This document shows, piece after piece, positions 63,654-64,000 of a stretch of DNA of 64,000 nucleotides (positions within the stretch are counted from its first letter, which is position 1; every line of letters starts with the position of its first letter). The notes under the pieces are model-generated. The model worked only from the letters and a program-made list of their open reading frames with translations. It was not told where the DNA came from and did not search any database. Position numbers and translations under genes: made by a program. This DNA comes from Toensbergia leucococca. Lineage: Eukaryota. The stretch spans positions 1 through 64,000 of the forward strand of contig JALDZS010000026.1 in NCBI GenBank assembly GCA_022813965.1, read 5' to 3'.

Positions 63654-64000
63654 GGGCAATCTAGCCTGGAAACTGATCCCTCATGTTGATCATTAGCCAT
63701 CGTATGCAGGTCAAGTATGGCGCGAACGTCACAGCATCGCGAGTAAGTGCAACATCAGTACGGCTGAAGGGCAGCTAATGCGTGACTAGAAAATGTCGTC
63801 GTGTGATCAGTGTGATGAACCACGCTGCTGGGAACCATGCACGTAATATGGTGCGGTGTATCGCGTCTCGCGGTGGTGCCAAGAATAAAGGGCAGATGAA
63901 CGGAGGCAGCTCATGACTGTGAGTGAAAGAGGGAAGGAAAAGGCGAAGCGAGAAGGATCCAGGCAAAACAGTGTGGAACAGTGAATAAAAGATATCCGAA

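Overview
Gene-dense, intron-containing eukaryotic DNA from a filamentous ascomycete (Pezizomycotina; a lichen-forming lineage is only a guess). I can support about 27 spliced protein-coding genes, mostly conserved housekeeping genes: SEH1, ALG7/gptA, LEU1, an ADY2/GPR1-family acetate transporter, BRO1, MDJ1, a SAP30-like protein, a C2H2+fungal-TF-domain regulator, a long-chain acyl-CoA synthetase, an RKM5-like methyltransferase, an NmrA-like protein, PGI1, YPK1, ADA2, a DUF2415-like protein, SSC1, GVP36, ARV1 and an NDT80/PhoG-family factor. A few conserved hypothetical genes and three apparent orphans are also present. I found no tRNA/rRNA, CRISPR, intact transposon or secondary-metabolite cluster, and no clearly new multi-gene system. 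The most unusual signal is a repeated (about 11 times) abrupt switch on the + strand from C/A-rich to G/T-rich DNA. It ignores gene orientation and reshapes synonymous codon use inside genes. Smaller points of interest: three GC-AG introns and frequent AAG acceptors, a stop-free intron splitting a zinc-finger His codon, a 45-nt coding duplication with only synonymous differences, recognisable Leu3/LeuB, CreA and HSE-like promoter motifs, and a possible decayed Hsp70 fragment. Exon boundaries were read by eye and gene names come from motif recognition, not database searches.
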